Assembly: GCA_964016885.1 (NCBI GenBank)
Contig: OZ024746.1
Coordinates: 74,090,001 to 74,154,000 of the forward strand
Direction of reading: 5' to 3'
DNA length: 64,000 nt
From: Eledone cirrhosa
Lineage: Eukaryota
Position numbers and translations under genes: made by a program. Below the pieces are notes generated by a model, which worked only from the letters and a program-made list of their open reading frames with translations, searched no databases and had not been told where the DNA came from. Shown piece after piece: positions 42,027 through 55,830 of this stretch; position 1 is the stretch's first letter; each line of letters opens with the position of its first letter.

Positions 42027-42458
42027 AGTTTTAATATAGATGAGATTCTACAGGACTAGAACTGTTTCATTCATTAGAAATCATCAGGAATCTGGGTATC
42101 AAAAAATAAATATGGTATTTATAGGTCTCTACAAGTGGTAGGAGAGGGTGGGGAGTGGGATGGGTGCAGGTCATTGGTTGATAGAGAAGGGAATTCATTA
42201 AATTCTAGAATTAGCTTTTAATGAATTCCCTTCTCTATCAACCAATGACCTGCACCCATCCCACTCCCCACCCTCTCCTACCACTTGTAGAGACCTATAA
42301 ATACCATATTTATTTTTTGATACCCAGATTCCTGATGATTTCTAATGAATGAAACAGTTCTAGTCCTGTAGAATCTCATCTATATTAAAACTGTTATACT
42401 CTGCTATGTATTGAGTACCTTACTTACTGTGGTTACCTCCGATTCAACCCGGAATAAC

Positions 42459-42460
<2 letters not shown>
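42027..42460. mobile_element. Fold-back insertion in (TA)n: 176 bp arms, HHRs at 42043-42093 (-) and 42326-42376 (+), plus 3' tail
   Basis: Arms 42027-42202 and 42217-42392 look like perfect reverse complements. Plus HHR reads AGATTC-CTGATGA-TTTCTAATGAAT-GAAA-CAG-ttctagtc-CTG-TA-GAATCT. Tail contains GTATTGAGTACC. Confidence 0.88.
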
Positions 42461-42503
<43 letters not shown>

Positions 42504-42729
42504 TACGTATACACGTTTAGCTGACAAGTAGTGGCTACGCCCTATAGAGAACAATAACTAAACAGTTAATTTAAGAGTTTAACTTATACTCTGAATAACG
42601 TATATACATTTGTATGAATAAACGCTAAAACTCTACAACCATATAGCTGAAAGATAAATATTCACAAGAGACAGACATAAAAATATGCAACTCGCCAAAA
42701 TGATATATATATATATATATATATATATG

Positions 42730-42829
<100 letters not shown>

Positions 42830-42969
42830 GCGAGAGAGAGAAGAGAGCGATTTATATATATAAATATATACATACGTATGCATATACATAAAGCTATATT
42901 TATATATACACATATGTTTGTATATATATAAGTAAGTCTCTCTATGTATATATATATATATATATATAT

Positions 42970-43008
<39 letters not shown>

Positions 43009-43971
43009 GATATATATGTGTGTGTGTTTGTGCGTGTGTGTTAGTGTGTGTGTGGGAGATGGTGCTTGTATGTGTGTTTATGTTATTGCTCTCATTGTAG
43101 TAATGATTTAAGATTACGAGAGACAGTGGAAAATACTCAAATATTGTACAACAGGAAGTTCTTTCGAGAACTCTCCCCCTAAAAAAAAAAAACTTAACTA
43201 CAGAAAGAAAATATGGAAACAACAAAAACACGTTTGAAAAAAATTAGCTTAAAACCATTTCTTATCTTGGACGTTATTTTATCTTGGATTGCTCCTTCTT
43301 CATTTCGAATTATTTCCCAGAAAATGTCTTCCAAAAGACTGAGCTCAATTTGAAGTGAAATAAATACATATTTTTCTCTTTCTTATTTTTGCTTTTGTTA
43401 TTTTTCTTTTTCATTTATCTAAGACTTAGCAGAAGATAAGTTTTCATTGAATCCAAATGTCTGCATAAGGTTTTGGACGTTGAAGTTTAGCTTATGTTTT
43501 TGTTGTTGATGTTGTTCTTGTTGGCGTTGGTTGTGGTTATAAAGTTTGTGATGATAGTGATGGTGTTCTTCGTAAATCTGATTTGATGGCGAGATATGAG
43601 GAAGAGGAAAAGGAAGTAGGAGAGTTTGAGTGTTGTGTGTGTAGCAAACGTTATAGTGGATTAAAGTAATGATAGCCTCTATAGCAACAGCTTACAACAA
43701 ATGAATTGCAATGAATGAATTTTCACAGAAACACATGTTATGTGTTTGTACATAGAAACACAAGTACACACACACACACATATATATATATATACATTTA
43801 CACACACAGATATATACACATGTATGTATGTATGTATGTATGTATGTATGTATGTGTTTGTAAGTGCCGACGAATAATGAGCGTTTGCATATTAACTCAG
43901 ATATGCTAGAATATTTCTAGTTCACACATATGTATATAGATGTATATAAGTGACTGGAGCCAGTAAAAGAT

Positions 43972-44074
<103 letters not shown>

Positions 44075-44084
44075 TATATATAGG

Positions 44085-44350
<266 letters not shown>

Positions 44351-44463
44351 GTATTTATAAATATATGTATATATATAAATGAATATTTCGTTTCTGAATA
44401 TGTTTAGTGCGTGTGTTTCTTATTGGCAACATGACCCTCCCACAGTATAACAATATAAATATG

Positions 44464-44635
<172 letters not shown>

Positions 44636-45868
44636 GATATAGATATATTACTTTACTTATATTAATGAGCAGAATGCGCTCATAACGGATTAGGTATTTA
44701 CGATTATGTATAATCATATGTGGATATGTATATGTGTCTTTGTTTGTTTATAACAGTTCAATGATTACAGGAACATGATGTTAAATATTTCTTTCAAAAT
44801 ATGTTTCTCAGCTTTAGCCAGAAACCTTCATTGTTCTGATGCCAGGATATTGAGTGTAATTTAACCTACCTGAACGATATTAACTTAATATTACTTACTT
44901 ATCCGTGTACACCTGTGTTCTCAGCGTCTTTACTGAGTAGAGGCATAGCAAAATGAGCTGTAGCTAGAGAAGTGGGTGGTGTGAGATCTAATATATTGAA
45001 AGAGACTTTCATAAGAGCACAATCATTAGTTGCAAGTATGTTTGAGATAATAATTAAAAATGAAACCCATCTTCATGTTACTCACACAATTTAATATATA
45101 ACATATAAACGGTTCTGGGAACACTATATTGACCAAACATATGAAATACATACAGAATTATGGAGGACAAAGCTTGTAATGTTTTGATGTTTTTCCATTA
45201 TACAAATGCAGTGATTGAGCAATGAATGTGTAAAGAAATATATTTTATAACCACAAACCGATCAGATAGTATATACACTGAATACCGTACATAGTTGGGT
45301 CTCTTGTCATATAAAGGACAACCAAAGATGTGGTTCGTGTCCCATGAACATCAATACTCATATTTTTTTTCCATTCAGGTTTTTTAAAATCCCAACTAAC
45401 AGACTAATTCTATGTAATCAAATACGGCGTAAGCACATGTCACTACGTAATTTTCAAATTCACTAGCCGTTTGTAAGCAAAGCCTGCTTTGTGCCTCCCT
45501 ATTTATATACATAATTACAACACAGTGTTAAGAATAAAAAACATAACCAGATATAACATTGAAAATTATAATTTTAATGTGTTCGTAAGAGTGAAAAGAA
45601 ATGATACATGTCATATTCTGTACTCCACTTTATATAAAAACAGCAACATCTATAACTGATTTTACATGAAGTAATTTCTTTTCGTTTTGTACTATAAAGT
45701 TGCATGGATTATATGTAAACATTGTGTTTCATATTCAACGCTTTATTATGATTTATCCTACAACCTCATATACAAATATATGTATATATGTATGTTCATT
45801 ACACACGCCTAAACAAACATGCATATGAATGCAATTTTTGGTTTTATACATCCGCTCCCTTATGATTA

Positions 45869-47591
45869 CACCGTGTAACATATATTTTGTTCCCCGGTTG
45901 TAAGTGTCATTTCCTGGTTTGTTATATCACATTATTATAAAAAAAAACACTATTACTTAATCAGAAGTTTGGGTTTGTGGTCAGGAGTTTGATATTTCGA
46001 AATTTTCATATTTTTCAAGAAAAAACACATTTTTTAAAAATTTATCAGTTTATATAATTAAATCAACAGAGTATATATTTATTTTATTACACAAGCTTAT
46101 CAAAAGCAAACAAGTAAAAACAAATAACACTTATAAAGCAACTTAAACACATCAGAAATGACTGGATTTCCTGGATTTGGGGTTGTAGTCCAGGTCGCAT
46201 TCCCGCACTATCCCCCAGATATAGTCCCCCATCATTTTTTCATTGTAGTGGCCCTGGTACCTCCGCTCTATCTCTTTCACATCTTGGTGGAATCGTTCGC
46301 CTTGTTCTTCTGAGTAGGCACCCATATTGTCCTTGAATTTTTCCAGGTGAGCGTCCAGCATATGGAGTTTAAGCGACATCCTGCATCCCATGGCGCCAAA
46401 AGCCTTTATCAGATCCTGCACCAGTTGCTGGTAGTTTTCAGCTCAATAGTTGCCCAGGAAGCCCTTAACAACTGCCTTGAAACAGTTCCATGCTGTTATC
46501 TCAATCCTATTGAGCTTATTGGAGAACTCAGTAGACTCAAATACCTTCTTTATCTGAGGTCCAACAAAAATTCCACCTTTGATTTTGGCCTCAGATAACT
46601 TGGGGAAGAACTCAAGAAGGTACTTAAAAGCGGCTGATTCTTGGTTGAGAGCTTTCACAAACTGCTTCATCAACCCCAACTTAATGTGCAGTGGCGGCAT
46701 GAGCACAATCCTGGGATCAACCAGTGGCTCCCACATGACGTTCCGGGTCCCAACTACAAATTCTGTTCGATGCTCCCAGTTCTGTATTTTGTAGTGGTCA
46801 GAGGTGGCTCTGCTGTCCCAAAGGCAGAGGAAGCATTGGAATTTGATAAAGCCTCCTTGGAGTCCAAGCAGGAAAGCCACCATCTTGAAGTCTCCAATGA
46901 TTTCCCAATTGTACTGGTTGTATTGCAGAACTTCCAAGAGGACTTTCACACTGTAGTAATCTTCCTTCAGGCAGACTGAATGAGTTAGGGGCAGTGTCGG
47001 GAACTTGTTTCCATTGTGGAGGAGGACAGCCTTCAAACTTGTGGTTGAGCTGTCTATAAATAGCCGCCACTCCAATAACGTCAAACAGTCCAGGCACGTC
47101 ATGGCAGAAGCAGAGGCCATCCCTAAGAGTGTAAAAGCCTGAGAAAGGTTCGTGTCGACTTCTCTGACTTGTCACCTGCACTTCCTCCTTGACCAAGTTC
47201 CACTGCTTCATCCTGGAGACGAATGCTTAAAACACAACTTACCCTTTATTCAGGGTGCGAAAATCCAGTATCAATAAATCTCTTTAATCCACTTTTTAAC
47301 AATTTTATACTTTATTGTTCTTTTATAATTTTCTTTAGGTATTACTCTTTATTTTATAATTTTAATTTAACCTGAAACATATATAAAAAATCATTTAACA
47401 TAAGCAAATTAAACTTACATACAACGTAAAATCCAGCATACAAATAATTCTAGTGAATAGCTTAACATTTTTACAAACCCCAACTTTTAACTGTTTAATA
47501 GCACTTTTTTTTATTTATTTGGGACCTAAGCAACACAAAAAAGTGATTACAAGCCAGGAACAGAGAAAAACATTTTTTTTGTTACACGGTG
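45869..47591 (-). mobile_element. Chapaev3-type (CMC superfamily) DNA transposon, internally deleted, termini intact
   Basis: TIR CACCGTGTAACA...TGTTACACGGTG. TTA duplicated at 45866-45868 and 47592-47594. Subterminal TTCCTGG(T/C)TTGT...ATCAC at both ends. Transposase remnant inside. Confidence 0.88.
46152..47215 (-). pseudogene. Chapaev3-type transposase, C-terminal part, disrupted
   Basis: WRLFIDSS...SLKAVLLHNGNK, IGDFKMVAFLLGLQGGFIKFQCFLCLWDSRA, PPLHIKLGLMKQFVKAL, MSLKLHML..HL, SEEQGERFHQD. There is an in-frame TGA at 46443, a frameshift near 47070, and the N-terminus is missing. Confidence 0.88.
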
Positions 47592-48859
47592 TTATTCATA
47601 CTCACGAGTACAATTCAGTAGCTTGGTTTCCAAAGACAACACAATTTTGTCTTCAAATTCATTCTGGTAGCTACTTCGACAACACTTGTGTATGAGCAAC
47701 TAACGATCATCCATTTAACGTTGTCTAAACTTGAGTCATAGACAGGGTGCAATAACAACACCAACAACACCTCAGTGGCACAGCACTACGTAGAAAGTAA
47801 TTCTCTCAGGGTCCACTACAAACACAACAGGCGTTGTAGGTGAAATGTCATGGTGCAGAGAGATTAATTGATGGCTACAATATATACATACATATAGTAC
47901 ATATATTGGATTACTTTGAATAAATAATGAATGAATATTACATAATTTATCTACTAAATTTCGTTATTCTTGATTAAATATAAATAATTTTGTTGTTTAT
48001 TTTAAGATTCACTTCTTTAAAATTGTCAAATGTCAACACTTCCGGTTAGCGATCGCTTAAATGAACATTCTTATATTTCCGTCACCAATTTTCTCCTAAT
48101 GTAGTTTATATATAATATCGTCTTTTTTTAACGTATCATGGATTACGTTACTGATTACATAAGACAGTGTAACGCAGTCTTCGTTCAATTTCTGTGGATA
48201 TTGTCAATTACGATTTTATTTGATGTATCATATCTACATGCATATATACTTGCGTATAATATCAATATGCACACTACACATGCTAGCAGAAAACCACCCG
48301 AAGGAAGCTCCCAGATGATTTCTCTCGAATGAAACAGTTCTAGTCCTGTAGAAGCCTTTCTATATTAAATATTTATACTCTGCTTTGTATTGGCCTGAGG
48401 AGGTCACAGAATGTGTGACAAAAGAGCTTTGACAATATATAAACACTAACATATTTTACTATTAAATATTTCTGTTGTATCCCAAACATTTGGTTGCTAG
48501 GTCCTTCAAGATATACCAGTAATGTTTATGTAACTGACTCTAAATCTAAGGATTTTTACGTTGAATATATAATGCCCATACTTTTTTTTGAATAGTTTCA
48601 ACAAAAACATATAGGTGATTCAATACCACTGCTCCTGATAGTAAATAGTTTAAAGGATATGAATAATCAATAAAGCATTTGGTATTATTCAGTAACTACT
48701 AAGATATATATGATAATACACCTGGGTGAGATAATGGAAGTTTATAACTTGATAATTTGTCTAGCTGTTTTTCAAATAACTCGCCACGGTTGACTGAACA
48801 TATTACTGATAAATGATCTACTTTGGATAGATGGATTGGCTCTTCCAGCGCATCTCCCT

Positions 48860-49800
48860 TACCAACCTCCGGGGCCGCGGGGCGGCCAGCACGTGGGATC
48901 CCATTTGCTCATAACAGAAAAAAGATGGGGAGGACGAGAAAATGGAGGCAATGACAGTGGGAGTTCGGCTCTTCTGTGTTCCGAACTGGTGTGCAGTGTC
49001 AATTGTCCATAAGGAAGCAGTGATTCATCTACTATTATCTAGCGAACCTTGTTGGATAAACTGTGTATAGACTCGCAAAACAAACTCACACACACACATA
49101 TCATTGTATGATTTATATACATACATACATACATCCCCACCCCCACACATGCACACACACACACACACATACCATATATGTGTGTGTGTACGTACATTTA
49201 ATCCATCTGTATAACTAACTCAACTGTTAATATACTCTGATTTCATTATGCAGTATCGGTAGAAGGTCGGACGCTATGCTTTAACGCATAGAGTTACAGC
49301 CCTTGCCATTCTGAGTTCGAATCCCGCCGAGGTTAACTTTGCCTTTCATCCTTATGGGGTCGATAAAATAAAGTACTAGTAATGCATTGGGTAATTGCTG
49401 GCCTTGTGCCAAAAAGTAGAAACAATTATTTTTATATTCTTTCGATTTCTCTTCTGATTTGTCGGACATTTTAATTTCTTGTTTACTACTAACTATCAAG
49501 CGGCTCTATGATCAAAATAATTCCTATAGTTATCAATTACTTTTTTTTTTATTTCAGTTTTAAATGTTTAAAGGATAATTGAAGAAGTAGTAGTAGTAGT
49601 ATTAGTAGTTCATAAAATAATTGTGGATTTACCAGAATTGGATTAGTCGGGGAAACGTTTTCCCCATTCTGTCCGCCTGGGCCGGGGGCGGCCAGCACGT
49701 GGGACCCCATTTGCTCATAATACAGAGAGATGTGGAGAGCGATGAAGGCGATGTCAGTGGGAGTTCGGCTCTTCCATGTTCGGACCTGGTTTGCCGCGTA
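48860..49800. repeat. Two diverged GC-rich direct repeats (~48860-48995 and ~49670-49797)
   Basis: GGGGCGGCCAGCACGTGGGA.CCCATTTGCTCATAA...ATG.AGGC.ATG.CAGTGGGAGTTCGGCTCTTC..TGTTC.GA.CTGGT is shared by both copies. Confidence 0.8.
49250..49430 (+). mobile_element. tRNA-derived SINE
   Basis: GCAGTATCGGTAGA...GAGTTCGAATCCCGCCGAGG...GCCTTTCATCCTTATGGGGTCGATAAAATAAAG...AAAAGTAGAAACAATTATT. Confidence 0.9.
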
Positions 49801-49833
49801 AGTTACTCGTAGGGTGGTAGCAATTCTTACATA

Positions 49834-49929
<96 letters not shown>

Positions 49930-50019
49930 TATATATATAAATATTATATTACTTACATTTAGAGAGAAATTTTTGTTACGCGAAATAAATAGACGCCAGA
50001 GCGCTTTCCAGAATATACG

Positions 50020-50340
50020 ATACACCAGGAACGGCAGATAGTAAGATATTTCATCACAGATATATCAGAACAGAAGGAAAACTTCATAACAGAAGATCTT
50101 ATTAATCTTCGGCCACTTGCCAGTTTTAAAGAAGAATTTACTAAACTATGTTTTGATTTCTGAATGATACGCTCCGATTCAATCTCCTTTCTACTCACCG
50201 AGCCTTCATCATAACCCCTTCCAATATCATCACATATCTCTGTGAAACAGCAAACACTTGAAGTTGATGACTGCATGAAGGTAACGTTGTCATCAATAGC
50301 TTTTCGAATACAGAAATTGATTTAATCACAAGCATCCAAA
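50020..50340 (+). pseudogene. Highly decayed hAT (Buster/Charlie-like) transposase C-terminus
   Basis: Plus frame gives EDLINL...FKEEF..LCFDF* (FW with TGG>TGA) and LEVDDCMKVTLSSIAFRIQKLI*SQA. The latter resembles the Buster-type terminal LDVEDD.RVALSSI.PRI.KL..KQAH motif. Confidence 0.4.
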
Positions 50341-51715
50341 GTATTATCAGTTCCCAGAGATAATTTATTTTTGTTTGATTTTCTGAAGAGAAGAAACACA
50401 TTTAAGTCATGTTGTGTGACTTTCATGTATATTTTGTTATGTAAAGCATCGTTAATTTTCGTTTTCATATATTTCTTTCAATAATAAATTTAACTTTAAT
50501 TTTGTTTGATATATTTTTTCCTCTCTCCCTCTTCCTACTTTACGAACATTTATTTTGAGTAAAACTTTAATAAATAAAAAAAAGTTGCCCTATCTTCTCC
50601 TGTGTCTATATGACCCCTTTGTGCTTCCAAAACATGGAAATAGGGGGTTAAATGACGAAATACCGAATCGAGAAGGTAAAAGAAAATAGAGGTAAAGGTT
50701 CTGCCGTTCCTAGAGTTTTCTATGAAAATTGGGAATAAAATTAGCATCAGACAGCTGAGAACTATTTTACTAAGCATTTATTTAATTATTTCTGGTTTAA
50801 GATTAAGTGCTTTGGTATAAAATGATCTTTAATGTTTGCCAATAACAGATGGCCTTCACCAGACAATTTACAACACATCATCTCTGCAAACATAGTTTGT
50901 CTACTTCAAGGTTGATATTTCCTCCAATATTTTCATTTCAGGGTAATTCCCTCTCTTCCTTTGGTACAAGCCTATAACAGGCTTATGATAAAGCTAAAAT
51001 TCTGCAACATTCTGCATATTTTTAAATGTATGACAAACGTAGTTATAAAGACGTAGGCTGGAAAATTACCCACGTTCCCTTTACCTGGTGTGTTGTCAAA
51101 AATTGAGAGATTTCAGTTTTTACCTAGAGAATGATGTGCTTTAGAATGACCGGTTGATTCAATCATATTCCCTTAAGTCAGTTCTTAATGCAGTGTCTTT
51201 AATAAAAGCATGTACGCTTGGCTTCATACTTGGTTAGAAACATCGCTCGACATAGAGAGTGCCTTGTTGATAATAAGCAGGAATTTATCGGCTAGGAAAT
51301 AATGACTCTATAGCAAAATAGATCGGAAAGTATAATTGAACATATACTGTTCGACTTATGATAAGAAACCCTTGTCAGAAAGTAAGCATATCTCTTTAGC
51401 AGCTACGGATGCTAAAAGAAACCACACACTGAATTCAACGTAAGAAACAACTGGTGTTGACTAAACGATAACTGAATAAACAACAATTCAATAAACAAAC
51501 AAACAAAATCTGCAAACACTACACATGTATTAGAAGAAGAAACGTTCCATGATACGCATAATAGTAAGTCACAAAATACTTACGGACATAACTATGATAT
51601 ACACACGCATATATATATATACAAGGTTTCCCCAAAAATTGTATACAGACTTTCATTACCTGTACAGGCAACATTTATTAGAATGCTGTTGAAGTGTGTT
51701 CATATTGTTTGGGGA

Positions 51716-51897
<182 letters not shown>

Positions 51898-52477
51898 GTA
51901 ACGCAATTTCGAGTAATGCCATCGCTTGGTACTTAACCATGACCATCACGAACGTGGCTTTTTAGTCCTGCTAAGGGCATGCCTGTGGTCAACAATGACC
52001 TGAATCGCAAAAACTTCACATGTCAAGCGATGCCTGTGCATTTTAAGTAGAAGTGTTCTACATCATTGGATGCAAACGAAGTCACAGGTTTTATATCAGA
52101 GTGACCTTCTCATAGAGAGATGTCTTAATGAAGACAAGGAGTCTCTCGCTCCACAAAGAACAAAAAATACCTTATTGGATGGCCGTTGCATCTCCTGAGT
52201 AACTCCGTACTTTGGTGAGTCCCCCTCCCTCCCCTCCCCAGCAGAATGTCCAAAATCACACTCCCCAGTTTAGTCACCGACAACCCAACCATGCACCGTC
52301 TAAATAAATGACGTTATGATCACACTGGGAACGATTTTCATACGTTTTCACAATCAGGGCTCACCTGGGGCTAAACAACATCAATATGATCAAAACATTG
52401 TGCCATTTGAATCACACATATTAGTTATATTGTTTATATATATATATATAAATATATAGTCTAAGGAAAATAATAAT

Positions 52478-52611
52478 TATTTCTACTTTTGGCACAAGGT
52501 CAGCAATTATACCAATGCATTACTGGTACTTTATTTTATCGACCCCGTAAAGATGAAAGGCAAAGTTAACCTCGGCAGGATTTGAACTCAGATTGCCAAT
52601 CCACCGCCTTT
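52478..52611 (-). mobile_element. tRNA-derived SINE with internal head deletion and 16 bp TSD
   Basis: TAAGGAAAATAATAAT at 52462-52477 and 52612-52627. About 50 bp between box A and box B is missing. Confidence 0.9.
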
Positions 52612-53944
52612 TAAGGAAAATAATAATACTATTATGTATGCTTATACCGTTCATCGTTTTTCATGTAATTTTCTATTTCTACTGCCCAAGACCTACGTTA
52701 GCTAGTGAAATAGAGACAAGCACTGTTATCATCTTGAAGCACTTGTTAGCAAGATAAAGCAGAGGGCAAAATGGCTACCGTAGCATATTTTGTAAAAGGG
52801 ACAAATATATTAATTTCCACAACAGTTATTTTATTCTTAGTAATCATCAATTCATATATTTAAATACGGTATAAATTCAGAAAAATATTTTAAAACTTCA
52901 TTAACTGAATTAATCCATGTAATTATAAATGAGAAAATCCCTCTAGTCACGTTTAAAATCTAAAAGGAACAAGCACAGTAGATAGCTCCATTTAAATTAA
53001 ATGGAATTTTAGGGAAAACATAATACTATTGGTATCTATCTGGTCAATAAATTGATCTTATTAGAGTTCAGCCCTTTGCCTAGCTTAGTATGAAGAACCT
53101 TTCCTTGATCTATATTTTCTCAGCAACGTTATTAATATAAAGTTAAATTTATTATACACTGCATCAGACACGAAGAAGTATATGATAACTTGAATATAAA
53201 TTATCGTTCTAGACCACCACCAGCATCACTATCGTTACCATCAAAACTACAACTACAATCACTGTTATCGAAGTTTAGCGCCTTGTCAATCATAGCCTAA
53301 CAGAAGTATTCCTGTCGTATTATATTCAGACACAGTGTATTTTCAGCAATAATATCTCACATACTTGGTCATTTTTTTAGTGAGTAGCACACAAAATGAA
53401 GGTTGTTTACTACTTCTAGCAAGTCAATCAACTAGGTAAAGGATTCTCATTGAATCGTCGAAAATACTTTTTAGTGATATAGACTGACATCTGAAGAGAG
53501 TCATAGAGTTACACCATGCAGCTCGTTCTATAGTGTTATTTTTTCTTTACTGGTAGTCATTGACAACAAGGCAACAACTAACTAATGTTAGACCGGAAAC
53601 AATGGTTATGACATATATTTATTGAAAGGTTTAGGGAGCGGTACAAGGTTGGGCAAGAGGTAAATTTATTTAACACTAAATCAGTTCAGGTCACCAAAGA
53701 AACTTTCACTCATAACACCACCATTAGGACTTATTGTGAGCCAATGTTAAAAAAGACTCTTGTCCATACGTCAAGAATTATCCCGTACCGACTACCCTAC
53801 CAAGATTTCGAATTCCAGTTAGACTCTGCAAAGGTATTAATTCCAGGTACTGTTAACCATTGTCAGCTGAGCCTGAGACACGTGTGGTTGTAGGGTCATC
53901 CTTTCTCGGAAACATCTTTATGTGACATTATATTGAACTATAAA

Positions 53945-54331
53945 TGGATGGATTGGCAGTATCGGTAGAGGGTCGGACGCCATGCTTTGAAGCATAGAGT
54001 TACCTCCCTGTATGATCTGAGTTCAAGTCCTGCCGAGGTTAACTTTGCCTTTCATCCTTCCGGGGTTGATAAAATAAAGTACCAGTAATGCACTGGATTA
54101 ATTGCTGGCCTTGTGCCAAAAGTAGAAACAATTATATTGAACTATAAAGGCGGTGAATTGGCAGTATCGGTAGAGGGTTGGACGCCATGCTTTCTAGCAT
54201 AGTTACGTCCCTTTACGGTCTGAGTTCAAATCCCGTCGAGGTTAACTTTGCCTTTCATCCTTACGGGGTCGATAAAATAAGGTACCAGTAATTTACTGCA
54301 TAATGCTGGCCTTGTGCCAAAAGTAGAAACA
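53945..54331 (+). mobile_element. Two tandem full-length tRNA-derived SINEs (53945-54130 and 54149-54331)
   Basis: Both have box A, box B, body and tail. ATTATATTGAACTATAAA occurs at 53927, 54131 and 54332. Confidence 0.93.
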
Positions 54332-54796
54332 ATTATATTGAACTATAAATAAAAACAAACTGTATATTGAAAATACGTACAGTCAAGGAAGACGTTTTAG
54401 GAATAGTTTCACCGAAAATGTAGCAATAAAAACATACTTAACCTAAATATAAGCTTCACAGCCTCTGACTGCTCAGCATTCTAACATGACTATTTCTTTA
54501 CAGTTGGCTAATTTTTAGTATGTATATTATCAAAGCCAATGTTGAAACATATATTTTTCAAGATTACTCAATGCAAAGTCTATTACATCATGTAAACGTT
54601 TGTACTTAAAAATAAACCCATTCTATATATTTTAACTTTATTTTGTTATATTCAATAGATTTAAGTAAGATAAACATATTTGACGCCATTTTCGTCGGCA
54701 TTACACATACACATGTACATCTATGTGTCTGTGTGTATATGTTTGCCTATCTTAGTGTATATATAGACAAAAATATGTATTTATAAAAGTTGTGTG

Positions 54797-54832
<36 letters not shown>

Positions 54833-54930
54833 TCATACAGAGATAGAAATATATTGACTTATATACATACACTAGTTTGCATGTTATGTTTAGCTTGTAG
54901 AAGAGATATAGTGATATATTTCTATTTGCA

Positions 54931-55830
54931 CTTCTTGCTCTTGTTCGATGGGGCTGAAGTTATCCTATGTCATCGATCCTAGATGCTTCATCGTGCGTAG
55001 AGCCGACCAGGTCCACCAGTGCGTTCCATCACTGGCACTCCCATGCCAGCACCATTTCATCCTCCAATATTAGTCAAGCCTCTGGGGATTTTCCTTAATC
55101 TCATCAAGTTATCTGGCGGGAGGCCTGCCTCTTCCAGTCCACAGCTACTTTGTCAAACGAGAGTAAAGTCTTTGTATGATGATTTGGTGGGAGCTGGAGG
55201 ACGTCCATACCAGAGCATGGGGCAGATAGCTATGAGGTAGGAGGCTGTGGGCTGATGCGTCTGCGCACGCTATTTGCTTTGGTCTTCATGGTGGACCACG
55301 TTTCTAGTATATAGAGGACAACGGAGTGGATTGACAGATTGTAGATACGGAGCTTTGTCTTCCGGGAGATAACGAAAGATACTTCCATAGGACATGCATG
55401 ACACCAGCGGTCAGATCAAACCTGTAGTTGATAGTCGGGGTCAGGTCTCCATTGTTAGTGTCTGTGGAGCTCATGAAAATAAAGGAGCTGACAAACTTCA
55501 CGGTGTTAGGACCAATATGAAACAGAGGTAGATCGAGGTCATCGTCGACATACATCAACTTAGTCTTCGCCAAGCTGACCTGAAGGCCAAGCTTTGCAAA
55601 TTCCTCCCGGTATCTGACCAGTGCATCCCTGAGCTCACTGATCGAGTTACTGAGTACGGTAGTGTCGTCCACGTACTCCAGGTCGGTAAGGAAAATTCTC
55701 AACCTTATCGGCGCACCTCCCATGACCTTCACGCTGTTCAAATGGCTCTATAGCAGTGCAGAGAGCTGTGCCTGAGTGAACGGGAAGGGCTTCCACTCCA
55801 CTGGTTCCCCATCAACAGCGAGCGAGATCA
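54931..55830 (-). pseudogene. Decayed RTE-clade LINE: RT C-terminal half and 3' end
   Basis: ORF 55304-55741 has LTDLEYVDD (YADD), KLGLQVSLAKTKLM and VSSFIFMSS (F.YLGS). The minus strand ends in a CAAGAGCAAGAAG tail. Confidence 0.8.

Noticed and set aside
49250-49330. tRNA gene
   Set aside because: Box A and box B are present, but the sequence is the head of a multi-copy SINE and has no complete cloverleaf.
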